A stretch of 64,000 nt of DNA, taken from the IMG/VR virus record IMGVR_UViG_3300030616_000018. One strand, 5' to 3'. Made by a program: the position numbers and the translations under genes. The DNA comes from an uncultured virus (IMG/VR IMGVR_UViG_3300030616_000018) (Duplodnaviria > Heunggongvirae > Uroviricota > Caudoviricetes). Of this stretch, positions 36,960-46,509 are shown one piece after another; positions within the stretch are counted from its first letter, which is position 1, and every line of letters starts with the position of its first letter. Under the pieces are notes generated by a model that saw only the letters and a list, made by a program, of their open reading frames with translations, searched no databases and had not been told where the DNA came from.

Positions 36960-37304
36960 ATGACAGATAAAATAAACCCACCAGGTAAACTACCCTATCG
37001 TGGGGATTGGTATACCTATTGGTTAACTGATGGATTTATAGACATCAGATTAGGCAAGATTATTAGTTATACTGGTATTGAGCAAAAAATGGGTACGAAG
37101 TACATATACACATTAATGAGGTATGATATAGACTACTATGAAATGTATAAGGATTCAATGTACTTTGATGACCTTATTGACCCCAAATTTACTCGTAATG
37201 AATCCGAAATATTTGAAACATTTAATGATGCTGTGTTAGCAACATTAGAACTAATGTGTCACCATTCGTCGCGGATGGTTAATATTCTAACAAGAAAAGA
37301 ATAA
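36960..37304 (+). CDS. hypothetical protein
   Basis: AAGGAGA RBS; hairpin 37312-37335 downstream. Confidence 0.6.
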   Translation: MTDKINPPGKLPYRGDWYTYWLTDGFIDIRLGKIISYTGIEQKMGTKYIYTLMRYDIDYYEMYKDSMYFDDLIDPKFTRNESEIFETFNDAVLATLELMCHHSSRMVNILTRKE

Positions 37305-37346
37305 CATCAGAGGGAGTCTCGTAATTGAGACTCCCATCGAATTTTT

Positions 37347-38246
37347 TTATAGTTCTCCACCATCAATAACGATAGCATGATATTCCATATTACCACTGGT
37401 ACTGTTATAGGTAATCAATTTACCATCACCAAGAGCACCTTCATCAATAGTCTTCGTACCCAATTTAGTGTCATGCGCCGATAATTGTAGTTCAATCTTG
37501 TTAGCAGACCAACCAACATCAGTATCCCCTAATCCACTAGAATCATCGATAACAGCAGATTGAGCACGAGCATCAGTGAAATACAAATTTGTTACTTCAG
37601 AAACATGAGAAGTATTGAGAGTTACAGTAGGTCCAGTTTGCCCGTTAACATTAACAATACCATCAACTGCCGTTAACATTTCTGTCCATGCAGATCCGGT
37701 ATAAATCCAGCTTATATTGGTACCTGTAACAATAGCAACATCTCCAGCTTGAACTGTGAGCGCATCACGTGCAGCATTGTCTGCAACAACACTAACAGAA
37801 GTAATCGCTAAATCGGGAAGATAAGAACTTGGTATTTTACTACCTGAATCTAATGGTGCAACACCATCAACTTGCCCTCTCCAGGTTCCTGAAACTCGAG
37901 CGTCAATAGCAGCATCTAACCCCGTAATATCCCCAGGATCAATATTGCCTGAACCACTTGTAACTAACACATATGCTCCGGCTTTCCAAGCATAGAGAGT
38001 AGTTTCATTACTCTCATTCTCATCAGTAACAACCATATACAATTTGTTTACTTCACCTGTTCCTGGTAAGCTTGCATAATCAGCAGATACTACAATATCA
38101 GAAATTTTAATTTTCCCAGTACCATCCCCTACCCAAAGCGATCTAGTATCCATTCCTATCGCGGGCTCGCCTCTTTCAAGAGAAGCAGCATCTACTGCGG
38201 ATTGATTACCTCTTTTTAACTTAATAGTGTCTAATAATACAGTCAT
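37347..38246 (-). CDS. tail fibre/appendage protein, N-terminus paralogous to 34214-36352
   Basis: IKLKRG...ASLERGEPAIGMDTRSLWVGDG, GVAPLDSGSKIP, VNGQTG, NLYFTDARA, C-terminal IDGG. Confidence 0.75.
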   Translation of the reverse strand: MTVLLDTIKLKRGNQSAVDAASLERGEPAIGMDTRSLWVGDGTGKIKISDIVVSADYASLPGTGEVNKLYMVVTDENESNETTLYAWKAGAYVLVTSGSGNIDPGDITGLDAAIDARVSGTWRGQVDGVAPLDSGSKIPSSYLPDLAITSVSVVADNAARDALTVQAGDVAIVTGTNISWIYTGSAWTEMLTAVDGIVNVNGQTGPTVTLNTSHVSEVTNLYFTDARAQSAVIDDSSGLGDTDVGWSANKIELQLSAHDTKLGTKTIDEGALGDGKLITYNSTSGNMEYHAIVIDGGEL

Positions 38247-38281
38247 TCTTAATTCTCCTTAAATATATTTAGTTAATAATA

Positions 38282-38782
38282 CTATGTTAAATCTCCTCCA
38301 TCAATCTCTACGCCTTCAATTAAATCATTAACCATGTCTACCTGTGTTTGATTCATAAATTGATGATCTCCATCCTGTACAATCTTAGGTGCAGGTATTA
38401 AACCTTGAACCACCTCTTCTATGGCCTGTATTTGATTATTTGTCACAAAGTTATGGTCGTCATCCTGTACTACATTAGCAGCAGGTACATTATCTCCAAT
38501 TACTGTACCGCCGCCACCCAAAGGATGCCAATCAAGCATACCTGTCCTTCTCGAATATATCCAAAGAGCTTCATCTTTTAACGCAACTTCATTCTCTTCA
38601 GGATCATCTGGGAACACATTTGGTTCATTTGCAACAATTGATATCCTATGGGCTTCCAGAATATTATGTTTTTTAATAGTTCGGCCGGTACGCATTTCAA
38701 TAGATGGAGTAATATGTGTGGTTGTTTTTTGAATCGCCGTAATCAAAAAGTTTTTGTGTTCATTATCTTGGCCCATAAACAA
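38282..38782 (-). CDS. putative tail-associated protein
   Basis: two VQD.DH.F repeats, C-terminal IDGG. Confidence 0.55.
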   Translation of the reverse strand: MFMGQDNEHKNFLITAIQKTTTHITPSIEMRTGRTIKKHNILEAHRISIVANEPNVFPDDPEENEVALKDEALWIYSRRTGMLDWHPLGGGGTVIGDNVPAANVVQDDDHNFVTNNQIQAIEEVVQGLIPAPKIVQDGDHQFMNQTQVDMVNDLIEGVEIDGGDLT

Positions 38783-38815
38783 TGCTCCTGATAATTTTTA
38801 AATTTTAAATTGTTT

Positions 38816-38827
38816 TATATAGAAATA
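38816..38827 (+). promoter_or_regulatory. phage promoter-like motif
   Basis: TATATAGAAATA. Confidence 0.7.
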
Positions 38828-38896
38828 GTATTAATAGGAATGACAATGTTCCAGCTCGACAAATTTTATTTGTTAGAAGAACAACAGGAGAAAGCA

Positions 38897-39097
38897 ATGA
38901 CAAACGGTACCGTGAAATGGTTCAACGACAAAAAGGGGTTTGGGTTCATAGAGCAAGAAGAAGGGCCCGATGTTTTCGTACACTTTTCTGGGATTCAGTC
39001 CTCTGGATTCAAGTCCCTCAACGAAGGAGATAAAGTCACATTCGAAATAGAGCAGGGACAAAAAGGTCCGGCCGCAGTCAATGTGGCTATGGTGTAA
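38897..39097 (+). CDS. cspA: cold-shock protein (CspA family)
   Basis: [15 protein letters not shown] (RNP1), DVFVHFS (RNP2), [20 protein letters not shown]. Confidence 0.95.
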   Translation: MTNGTVKWFNDKKGFGFIEQEEGPDVFVHFSGIQSSGFKSLNEGDKVTFEIEQGQKGPAAVNVAMV

Positions 39098-39187
39098 AAA
39101 AGATCAGTGATTAACGCTTAGTTTACAGATTAACCAAACATTGTCATTCCTTTTTACCATTAAACTAATCTAGAAAAGGAGAAACAG

Positions 39188-39721
39188 ATGTCTCATACAA
39201 TGATTTTAGTTTGTCCCAATTGCGGTAGAAAAGGTCAACATCACGTACACGAAACAGATCCAACAATGTATTATAGTAACATATTAATAGAAGCTCTCGG
39301 AGCAGACAAAAGAATTCCTCGTGGAATATATAGAGAGCAAACTAGAATATGCAATTCATGTCTTCGATATTTTACAACCTACGTAATTCCTCAAAAAGCT
39401 GTCACCGCATTGGAGAATATGATTACACGACTTAAAACTCGTCAACAAGAACACATTAGGCTTATAGATGATCAAGTCGATTTGCTTAAAGAAAAGGACA
39501 AGAAAATTAAAACACTACGATCACAATTAATTACAGCTCGTTTAAGCAGTACTAAGAAAGGAGTACAAACAGAATTCAATTTCCAAGAAACGATAATAAA
39601 CAATACATCATTTACACCAGATTTTAATAAGATGGAACAAAGAGCTAAAATTTTTAATAATCTTTATCGTCAAGATGATACTCATATTGTGGCCGATACT
39701 ATTCTTAGTCTAAAGAGCTAA
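39188..39721 (+). CDS. zinc-ribbon (NrdR N-terminus-like) + coiled-coil protein
   Basis: CPNCG...RICNSCLRYFTTY. Confidence 0.55.
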   Translation: MSHTMILVCPNCGRKGQHHVHETDPTMYYSNILIEALGADKRIPRGIYREQTRICNSCLRYFTTYVIPQKAVTALENMITRLKTRQQEHIRLIDDQVDLLKEKDKKIKTLRSQLITARLSSTKKGVQTEFNFQETIINNTSFTPDFNKMEQRAKIFNNLYRQDDTHIVADTILSLKS

Positions 39722-40258
39722 GGCAATTGCAATAATCGAACCGATCGTTATAATATACATAGCGCTTCGATTCATCCAATTGTCTCTTTTATGTTCGGCA
39801 ACTTCTTGACGATAAGCATTTTCACTTTGCACCCATAACTCACGATACATTATCGATTTTTGCCTCTCTAATTTAATCATTTCTCTTAACGCATTTATTT
39901 GATCAATATAAGTATTGACTAACAATTCTTGTTCTATTGCAATCTTCTTATATGTTACTGCTAATTTTACTAAACCACCTACTTTGGCATATTCTTTTGG
40001 TACTAAGAGAATATGAGTAGCTCGACCTGATTCTTTTGTGACGACCTGTATCTTGTCCTTATTTACTACAACATACATTGGTTGCAACTTATCAGGTTTA
40101 GGTATTTTATCCAACGTTATCTGAATATCATATGGATCGACTCGATCATAATATATTTCAGGTGGTTTAAACGGTTTGAATTCGGCTGGCGCACACCCTA
40201 TCATTAGTACAATAATTGTGACAATTAGGGTGACAACCGGTGACAATTTTTTAATCAC
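39710..40258 (-). CDS. lipoprotein with C-terminal TM helix (spanin-like topology)
   Basis: lipobox LMIGC, coiled coil, C-terminal YIITIGSIIAIALAL. Confidence 0.55.
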   Translation of the reverse strand: MIKKLSPVVTLIVTIIVLMIGCAPAEFKPFKPPEIYYDRVDPYDIQITLDKIPKPDKLQPMYVVVNKDKIQVVTKESGRATHILLVPKEYAKVGGLVKLAVTYKKIAIEQELLVNTYIDQINALREMIKLERQKSIMYRELWVQSENAYRQEVAEHKRDNWMNRSAMYIITIGSIIAIALAL

Positions 40259-40290
40259 TTTATGAACCTCTTATTTGAAAGGAATAGACT

Positions 40291-40656
40291 ATGGAAATTG
40301 AAATTGTGACTATTAAGAGAAGACTTACTAAATCTCTTGTTAGTCAAATGCCTAAAGCCATTGATAATGATTTAGCATTACTGACCGGAGAGGTTTTAGG
40401 TCATTTTCGCAATGTCATTAAATATGAAGAGAAATCAATTCTAATTAAATACGATGGTAATTATTATACTATTCCAATGGACATTAAATGGATGGATGAA
40501 TCTCTCGAGAACGAACCTATATTTGTGGTTACTAATGGATATCATCATATGACTGTCCATAGAACATTCGATACATCGGAACAACTTGAAGCGTGGTGGA
40601 CATCATATGAAAGAGTTTTAAAAGCAGCAACTAAACAAATATATGTGTACTATTAG
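40291..40656 (+). CDS. hypothetical protein
   Basis: 121-aa ORF with RBS. Confidence 0.6.
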   Translation: MEIEIVTIKRRLTKSLVSQMPKAIDNDLALLTGEVLGHFRNVIKYEEKSILIKYDGNYYTIPMDIKWMDESLENEPIFVVTNGYHHMTVHRTFDTSEQLEAWWTSYERVLKAATKQIYVYY

Positions 40657-40667
40657 GAGGTAGATCT

Positions 40668-40898
40668 ATGCCATGTCAACAATGTAACAGCGGTAGAATC
40701 TCATCAGTATTAGGTCATTGTGTAGACCGTTTCACTGCAGAGATGGATGGAAAAGAATTTGGGCCACATTATATCCCAGACGATATGGGTATCGGCGCAG
40801 GAGATGACTTGGAGATTGAATACTGTTTAGACTGCGGCCAAATACAGGGAGACTTCCCCGTTTTCCCCGCGTTCTTTGAACCTGAAGAGGAGGATTAG
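40668..40898 (+). CDS. small Cys-rich acidic protein
   Basis: CQQC...HC.D...YCLDCGQIQG. Confidence 0.65.
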   Translation: MPCQQCNSGRISSVLGHCVDRFTAEMDGKEFGPHYIPDDMGIGAGDDLEIEYCLDCGQIQGDFPVFPAFFEPEEED

Positions 40899-41122
40899 TG
40901 GAAAATATCTCATTAATATGTCAAGAGTTTAGAGAAACAATAGATAAAAGAAAAGCTCTTAGAAAAGATTTATTAGAGTTTATTAAAGTCAATATTAATC
41001 ATAAGGCTGTAACTTCCTATATTAGAAATAAGATAAAGGGCAAAAAAACAGCAACGATACATGACGGCACATTAATAAATTGTGCTGGGTACTTATATAG
41101 CCAACTTCAAAGAAAGGAATAA
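40898..41122 (+). CDS. hypothetical protein
   Basis: overlaps the upstream stop codon; followed by a terminator. Confidence 0.5.
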   Translation: MENISLICQEFRETIDKRKALRKDLLEFIKVNINHKAVTSYIRNKIKGKKTATIHDGTLINCAGYLYSQLQRKE

Positions 41123-41130
41123 ATCATAAT

Positions 41131-41156
41131 AGCCCCTTCGGGGGCTTATCTTTTTA
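41131..41156 (+). terminator. intrinsic terminator (UUCG loop)
   Basis: AGCCCC-TTCG-GGGGCT plus T-tract; same design at 42737, 47151 and 54031. Confidence 0.75.
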
Positions 41157-41174
41157 TTTAGTTTTTACATTCTA

Positions 41175-41186
41175 TATATAGAAATT
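41175..41186 (+). promoter_or_regulatory. phage promoter-like motif
   Basis: TATATAGAAATT. Confidence 0.65.
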
Positions 41187-41308
41187 ATACTATTGGCGTA
41201 ATGATAATACTCAGAAAGCCGCGGGGACTTTATGGAAACATAAAAGTCGATTAAAACCCAACTGGTCTCACAAGAGATCAGTAACCCCGCAACTAAAGGA
41301 GGTACCCT

Positions 41309-41611
41309 ATGAGGTACAAAATTATCACCATCGCCGCTGACGAAACCGCTGAACTCATCAGAGATGAACACCATGTCATCCGAGATGAATCCACTTACCG
41401 TTATGGTGGTCCTTTACAACTGTGCACAATGTACAGTTATAAGGATCAAGAGTGGATAGCTATTAGGCTATCGGTTGACCGATATCAAAGTCGGTATACC
41501 CGAGCCAAGCTTAGCGAACTCGATAAACCAGATATATTCTACGATGATATGAAACACTTTCATCGTGGCAAAGAATATATCGAGGAGCTTTGCGAAAAGC
41601 TAATCGAGTAA
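41309..41611 (+). CDS. hypothetical protein with structured 5' leader
   Basis: AAGGAGG RBS. Confidence 0.6.
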   Translation: MRYKIITIAADETAELIRDEHHVIRDESTYRYGGPLQLCTMYSYKDQEWIAIRLSVDRYQSRYTRAKLSELDKPDIFYDDMKHFHRGKEYIEELCEKLIE

Positions 41612-41703
41612 GTTTCGTCAGAAAATCCTATGTACACGGAGCTGGTAAGCGATTTATCGCAACCAACCACGTACAGAGGGTTTTTCTTTTTTTCTCTTCT
41701 CTA

Positions 41704-41715
41704 TATATAGAAATA
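41704..41715 (+). promoter_or_regulatory. phage promoter-like motif
   Basis: TATATAGAAATA. Confidence 0.65.
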
Positions 41716-41767
41716 AATATATTACTATGTACCTATTTTAATATAATCAACTTAAAGGAGAATAGCT

Positions 41768-41998
41768 ATGAGATCGACTCGTATCACAGACAACGAAGAA
41801 CTTGACTCTATTAAAGGACAATATCTAGCAAAACTAGAAGATATTGCCATGAAGATGTTTACTGAAACTGGCGTCCAAATGGTTGGTATGAATTTTCATT
41901 GGACTAAAACTGAAATAAGAGCAGAAGATCAAATGAACGAGATGGGAGATAATGAGTGGGAACTACAAGTCAAGGTATCGGAGCCACAGTTCAAGTAG
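41768..41998 (+). CDS. hypothetical protein
   Basis: AAGGAGA RBS. Confidence 0.6.
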   Translation: MRSTRITDNEELDSIKGQYLAKLEDIAMKMFTETGVQMVGMNFHWTKTEIRAEDQMNEMGDNEWELQVKVSEPQFK

Positions 41999-42413
41999 AG
42001 GATTACTATGAAATCAAAGTACCTTCTCAAACGAAAAAAGAGCAAACCTCGAGAATCATTATTTGACAGAGTGTTGAACAAAATAATGATCATATCATTT
42101 ATCCTATTTATAGCCATAGTATTGATAACAATAATAGCAGTCTTCTGGGGATGGACCGGATGGTGGACCGCTATCGAATAACCCTACAAAATAAGGAAAG
42201 CGAATGAAAAGAATTATCCTGTTAATAATACTTATGATTTGTATACCCAACATATCGAGTTCGGTTGTTGATGATTGCCTGTGATACTGACCTTGTATTG
42301 GGCTACCAGGTCGGTGGCAATGGCACAACAACTCAATAGTAACATGCTATCCTACAAAGATATCATATGGGCTATGTCGATCTACCAATGGCACTCAAGC
42401 TATATGGAAAGAA

Positions 42414-42740
42414 TTGACCTCTGGAGGATATGAGATTCAATGGTCTCAAAGCGATGGTCCACATAATCTGGATCTAGAAACGATGCATGTTATCGATGAC
42501 GGTACGAAACTTATAGGATCTAATCAACAAGGTCAAGTAGTAAAAGCTACAAAAATAAAATTAAAAAGAGCAGATCTTACAGTTAATGATCCTGTTCAAG
42601 AAGATAGTATTATAGAAGATGATATTATTGATGTTGTAGAAGATGAACTTCCTGAAGAAACTGAAGATGTTTCCCCACGAGGTAAATCTCCTGAAACAAT
42701 CAAGATGCTGGAAGAAATAAAAAATCAAATTAAGCCATAG
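42414..42740 (+). CDS. acidic hypothetical protein (start uncertain)
   Basis: ORF ends at the UUCG terminator 42737-42754. Confidence 0.4.
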   Translation: MTSGGYEIQWSQSDGPHNLDLETMHVIDDGTKLIGSNQQGQVVKATKIKLKRADLTVNDPVQEDSIIEDDIIDVVEDELPEETEDVSPRGKSPETIKMLEEIKNQIKP

Positions 42741-42764
42741 CCCTTCGGGGCTATCTCTTATTTT

Positions 42765-43475
42765 TTATTCTACTATTTGATCATAGTATATTTCAATTAA
42801 ATGATCATAATACCAAGGAAACATATCCCTTCTTAACTTAGCTCGATATCTCTTCTGCTCTTCTTTTCTCCTCAAGTTATAGAACACTACACCTTCCGCA
42901 TCAACTGATTCTTTATCTTTTAGCTTGCTAGCATACCGTGAAACTAAATATTGTTTAAACCATAAAGATAGATTATCATAGGTTCTTTCATGTTCGTGCC
43001 AAGATCTATATGTAAGATGTTTAATTGCTTTACTAAATGGATACCATAAATGACCACTAATCCCGTAAGGATTGCCGTTTACATGTCGACCAATTACTTC
43101 ACCAGCTTGTTCCCCATCTTTCTCTATATACCCTTTTGCTACTGCCATAAATACTCCTTCAACAATAGCAGTTCTACCTTTCGATCCCAATATATCTAAC
43201 ATATCAATTGGGTTCTTACGGTTATATAGAGATGTAAGACGACCCTTCTCTGTAAACAATTTAACATTAGTGCCATCTAATTTTTCCACTGCAACAGTAT
43301 CTGGGTCGTCAAACACCCACGAAAATTCTGGATTAATTTCTCTAGTCACAAGCCGCACTTCAGGTCTTTTCATTTGAAGATTACGACCATGTGTTTTCCA
43401 CTGGTCTCTATTGACCTTATATGTTTTACGAACAAAAGGACATTCAATCTTAGGAAAGTTTGTTAATTCGATCAC
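42765..43475 (-). CDS. ATP-dependent RNA ligase-like nucleotidyltransferase
   Basis: motif I EKLDGTN, AGEVIG, AEGVVF, AKLRR. Confidence 0.75.
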   Translation of the reverse strand: MIELTNFPKIECPFVRKTYKVNRDQWKTHGRNLQMKRPEVRLVTREINPEFSWVFDDPDTVAVEKLDGTNVKLFTEKGRLTSLYNRKNPIDMLDILGSKGRTAIVEGVFMAVAKGYIEKDGEQAGEVIGRHVNGNPYGISGHLWYPFSKAIKHLTYRSWHEHERTYDNLSLWFKQYLVSRYASKLKDKESVDAEGVVFYNLRRKEEQKRYRAKLRRDMFPWYYDHLIEIYYDQIVE

Positions 43476-43516
43476 TTTATTCCCCCCCCAATACCAATAC
43501 GAAGTTACTTTTGATT

Positions 43517-43777
43517 TTATTGAAGAAAACCGGGTGCTGAATCATAGTAAAAGTTCTGTAAATACTCATGTTCCTTTTCATAATGGTTACAAATGATCTC
43601 ATTTCTTCCACTATTATTACATTTGATTCTCCAACCTTCTACCAATTCTTCTTGTAACATAACATCTTGTTCTGTGAATTCTGGTCTAAGTACACCCCTA
43701 GGTACATCAGGCAATCTATACGAATTTGATGTACATGACGATAATATAAGACATATAAAAATCAAAATATGTTTCAC
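43517..43777 (-). CDS. small lipoprotein (o-spanin-like position)
   Basis: lipobox LSSC. Confidence 0.5.
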   Translation of the reverse strand: MKHILIFICLILSSCTSNSYRLPDVPRGVLRPEFTEQDVMLQEELVEGWRIKCNNSGRNEIICNHYEKEHEYLQNFYYDSAPGFLQ

Positions 43778-44137
43778 TTATATATTCTCCCATTCTTCAT
43801 CGATCACAGAATCAATCTTTGCTATACTATCTTCTTTAAGTATAGAATTCATTTCAACTGCAGCCTTTTGGGCTATTTTTTTTACTTTCTCTTTTGATTC
43901 CTCGGACGCTGTTTCAGACATCTTAATCTGTTTATCCAACACTTCTTGTTCTTTAGTTATTTTGACAATTTGGTCTTGAATCTGTTCTTGTTTCCCTTCG
44001 TGTTTTGCTACTTCGATGTTCTTCTCTTGACTATCTTTTTGCATAAACCTCTTAAGAAGAAGCATCAGTCCGCCAAAGAGTGCAACACTTCCAAGACCAA
44101 ATATACCTATCTTAGCAGCACCTAGTGATTCAAACAT
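43778..44137 (-). CDS. N-terminal TM + coiled-coil protein (i-spanin-like)
   Basis: TM helix then long helical region; abuts the lipoprotein gene. Confidence 0.5.
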   Translation of the reverse strand: MFESLGAAKIGIFGLGSVALFGGLMLLLKRFMQKDSQEKNIEVAKHEGKQEQIQDQIVKITKEQEVLDKQIKMSETASEESKEKVKKIAQKAAVEMNSILKEDSIAKIDSVIDEEWENI

Positions 44138-44151
44138 ATTGTTGTCTCCTA

Positions 44152-44439
44152 TTAAGCACCTGCTCTCCTACGTTGTTCCACTTCAGATTCACCACCTTTT
44201 AAATTTGGCAAATTAATACCCAATTTAGCTCTCTTATAAAGATCAGCAGCAGTAAATTGTGGTCCTCTTAATTCTTCTGCCGCTGATTGAACTCCAGCAA
44301 CACCAGCTTTCACAACTTTCTTTATATTTCTTGATCCAGCTTTCACTCGTTTACGTCCTGCACCAAGCGCCTTTTTCATACCACCAGCAATAGCATTCTT
44401 TAAATTCATTTCGCTTATATTTTCCATTTTATAAATCAT
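44152..44439 (-). CDS. basic small protein
   Basis: MENISE start followed by K/A/G-rich sequence. Confidence 0.55.
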   Translation of the reverse strand: MIYKMENISEMNLKNAIAGGMKKALGAGRKRVKAGSRNIKKVVKAGVAGVQSAAEELRGPQFTAADLYKRAKLGINLPNLKGGESEVEQRRRAGA

Positions 44440-44812
44440 CCTCCTCTCGCTTCGGTAATCTTAATTTCTTTACTTTAGGTTTAGGCAATCTAGGATCAAT
44501 ATATTCAGAATGTGTATCTTCCTTATTCGGATCAACAAATCTAAGTACACTTGTTTGCCCTGGTAATACAAAATCGTCTTGAGGTAATTTAGTATTTTCA
44601 ACATCAGGTAATATAGATTCACCAGGATCAGTATTAACCTCTTCATCAGGATCTACACCTAAATCCATACTACCGAATGGTACGTCTTCTGATTTAGCAG
44701 AAGGTTCATCAAACCTCGTTTCATCCTTTTTGATCCAACTCTCTAAATTTATCTTCGGCAAAGAGTTATCCTCAATACCAAATGTGTTAACGAACGGACT
44801 ATCGTCAAACAT
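44429..44812 (-). CDS. acidic/Pro-rich hypothetical protein
   Basis: AAGGAG RBS. Confidence 0.55.
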   Translation of the reverse strand: MFDDSPFVNTFGIEDNSLPKINLESWIKKDETRFDEPSAKSEDVPFGSMDLGVDPDEEVNTDPGESILPDVENTKLPQDDFVLPGQTSVLRFVDPNKEDTHSEYIDPRLPKPKVKKLRLPKREEDDL

Positions 44813-44822
44813 AGTTACTCCT

Positions 44823-45335
44823 TTACGTCGTCAATTGTACTTGAAGTGCATTTATACCAGATGCTTGTTTTTGAATATTACTTTCACGCTGCCATCTACT
44901 GGTCACCTTTGATAATTTTCTCATAGCTAACGCTCCAATAACTCCAAGAGATGCAGCACCTAACAACCCTAATGCTACTGCTCCACCTGCAGTTGCTCCT
45001 AAACCAGCAGCAGTTAATACCCCTGCCCACATACCAACATATCCACCAAGCATGCCGCCACCAACTGCACCAGTCTTTTTAGCAGCAGTATCTACTTGTT
45101 CTATATATAATTTAACTGATCGATCTTTTAATAGTTTTAGTATCTTTTGTTTGTCTTGAAGAGGTATCTTCTTCTTACCCATCATACTTTCACTTAAAGC
45201 GATGAACTCTTGTACTTTAGGATCCTCCATTAATTCTTCAACAGGTTTCCCTAGAAAAAACCGTTTCATTTTAGATAGAACACCTTCAAACATTAAATAT
45301 TCTTCGTCTTCAAACAAATATGATATAGGTATCAT
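44823..45335 (-). CDS. glycine-zipper protein with MIPISYLFE tag, paralog of 2167-2658
   Basis: start reassigned to ATG 45335 after GGGAGA. Confidence 0.65.
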   Translation of the reverse strand: MIPISYLFEDEEYLMFEGVLSKMKRFFLGKPVEELMEDPKVQEFIALSESMMGKKKIPLQDKQKILKLLKDRSVKLYIEQVDTAAKKTGAVGGGMLGGYVGMWAGVLTAAGLGATAGGAVALGLLGAASLGVIGALAMRKLSKVTSRWQRESNIQKQASGINALQVQLTT

Positions 45336-45364
45336 AATAAATTCTCCCTTGATTTTCAAATTTA

Positions 45365-45390
45365 ATATAGAAATAATTCATATAGAAATA
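45365..45390 (+). promoter_or_regulatory. tandem phage promoter-like motifs
   Basis: ATATAGAAATA twice (45365, 45380). Confidence 0.65.
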
Positions 45391-45445
45391 GTTATTAGTA
45401 TAAAACACTAACAAATCTTATTAGTTCGGACTCTAAGGAGGAGAG

Positions 45446-45664
45446 ATGACCAAATTACATCCCGATTGTTCTGCGGCTCAGTTTATGATTAAACTTTTAG
45501 ACGACCCTTTAATAGATGAACAACTAAAGCAAAGTCACATCGTTATGTGTCCGACTTGTTATTATTATAATAAACAACAACTTAAAGAGGAGGAGACTGA
45601 GCATGGGAGGGAGATACATTATAACAGGAGTTCAATTGAGCCTATTAACAATACACGCAGATAA
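45446..45664 (+). CDS. hypothetical protein
   Basis: AAGGAGGAG RBS, CPTC. Confidence 0.5.
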   Translation: MTKLHPDCSAAQFMIKLLDDPLIDEQLKQSHIVMCPTCYYYNKQQLKEEETEHGREIHYNRSSIEPINNTRR

Positions 45665-46034
45665 TGAGAAACAGAAACAATGTGAAATATTAATTAAAAA
45701 TGTAGCACAAAAACAATGGATTGGTCAGTCTTCTATCGACATTAAAGATGACATTGAGTTACTTAAAAAAATACATGATGAAGGAGGAATAACTGAAGTA
45801 TATGTCATCACTGGTGTTGAAATCGGAACTATTATATCGGATATTCAACATGATAACTTTACGAAAGTCATGATTGACATCCATAACATTAAACAAAATA
45901 GGCTAATACATAAGTCAAATCGACCAATAGATGAATGTGTTACTTATCTGTTAGACAACTTCTCTAAGTTAGACCATGTTCAAGGTAACGAAATATTCAC
46001 TGGAATTGAAAATGAGAGGGAACCAAATGAATAA
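45603..46034 (+). CDS. hypothetical protein with internal duplication
   Basis: YIITGVQL / YVITGVEI repeat. Confidence 0.6.
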   Translation: MGGRYIITGVQLSLLTIHADNEKQKQCEILIKNVAQKQWIGQSSIDIKDDIELLKKIHDEGGITEVYVITGVEIGTIISDIQHDNFTKVMIDIHNIKQNRLIHKSNRPIDECVTYLLDNFSKLDHVQGNEIFTGIENEREPNE

Positions 46035-46506
46035 ACAGGTCGTAATTGACACTATTAAAGATGTATTAAAATACGAGGACCACGACCACGCAACAGGTGT
46101 ATTTAACGTCGGGCAAATGGCTAAAACTCGGGTTAGGGAGATACTTTCCCTTCGAAAGGGTGATTCTTTAACATACGGTGTAGAACAGGCTAATGTTAAA
46201 GTATTAAGAGAAGTGTATGACTATCTTCAAAAATATATAGATCATATGCTCGAGTACCCAGTCGATAAATGTCCAGTGTGTAGAGCTTTAACTAGACGAG
46301 AACGCTTTAAAAAAGATACATTCGTTGTTCAATTCTCAGATAACTACATTGAAACATTGTTAACATATGTTAGCCCAGATGAAGCAATACAACGCCTTAT
46401 GGAAGAAGGATCTATTGCCTTATCAATTCAAGTTAAAAAAGTCGTCCACTCCGTTGCTGATAAGATGTTAGAGAAAATCGAAAGATTCGTTAAAGAAAAG
46501 GAGTAA
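45976..46506 (+). CDS. hypothetical protein (probable start MNKQ at 46028)
   Basis: CPVC motif. Confidence 0.55.
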   Translation: MFKVTKYSLELKMRGNQMNKQVVIDTIKDVLKYEDHDHATGVFNVGQMAKTRVREILSLRKGDSLTYGVEQANVKVLREVYDYLQKYIDHMLEYPVDKCPVCRALTRRERFKKDTFVVQFSDNYIETLLTYVSPDEAIQRLMEEGSIALSIQVKKVVHSVADKMLEKIERFVKEKE

Positions 46507-46509
46507 TAT

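Noticed and set aside
34214..38246. Diversity-generating retroelement suggested by Mtd-N-like tail fibre N-termini
   Set aside because: No reverse transcriptase and no template/variable repeat pair with adenine-specific mismatches seen in this window.
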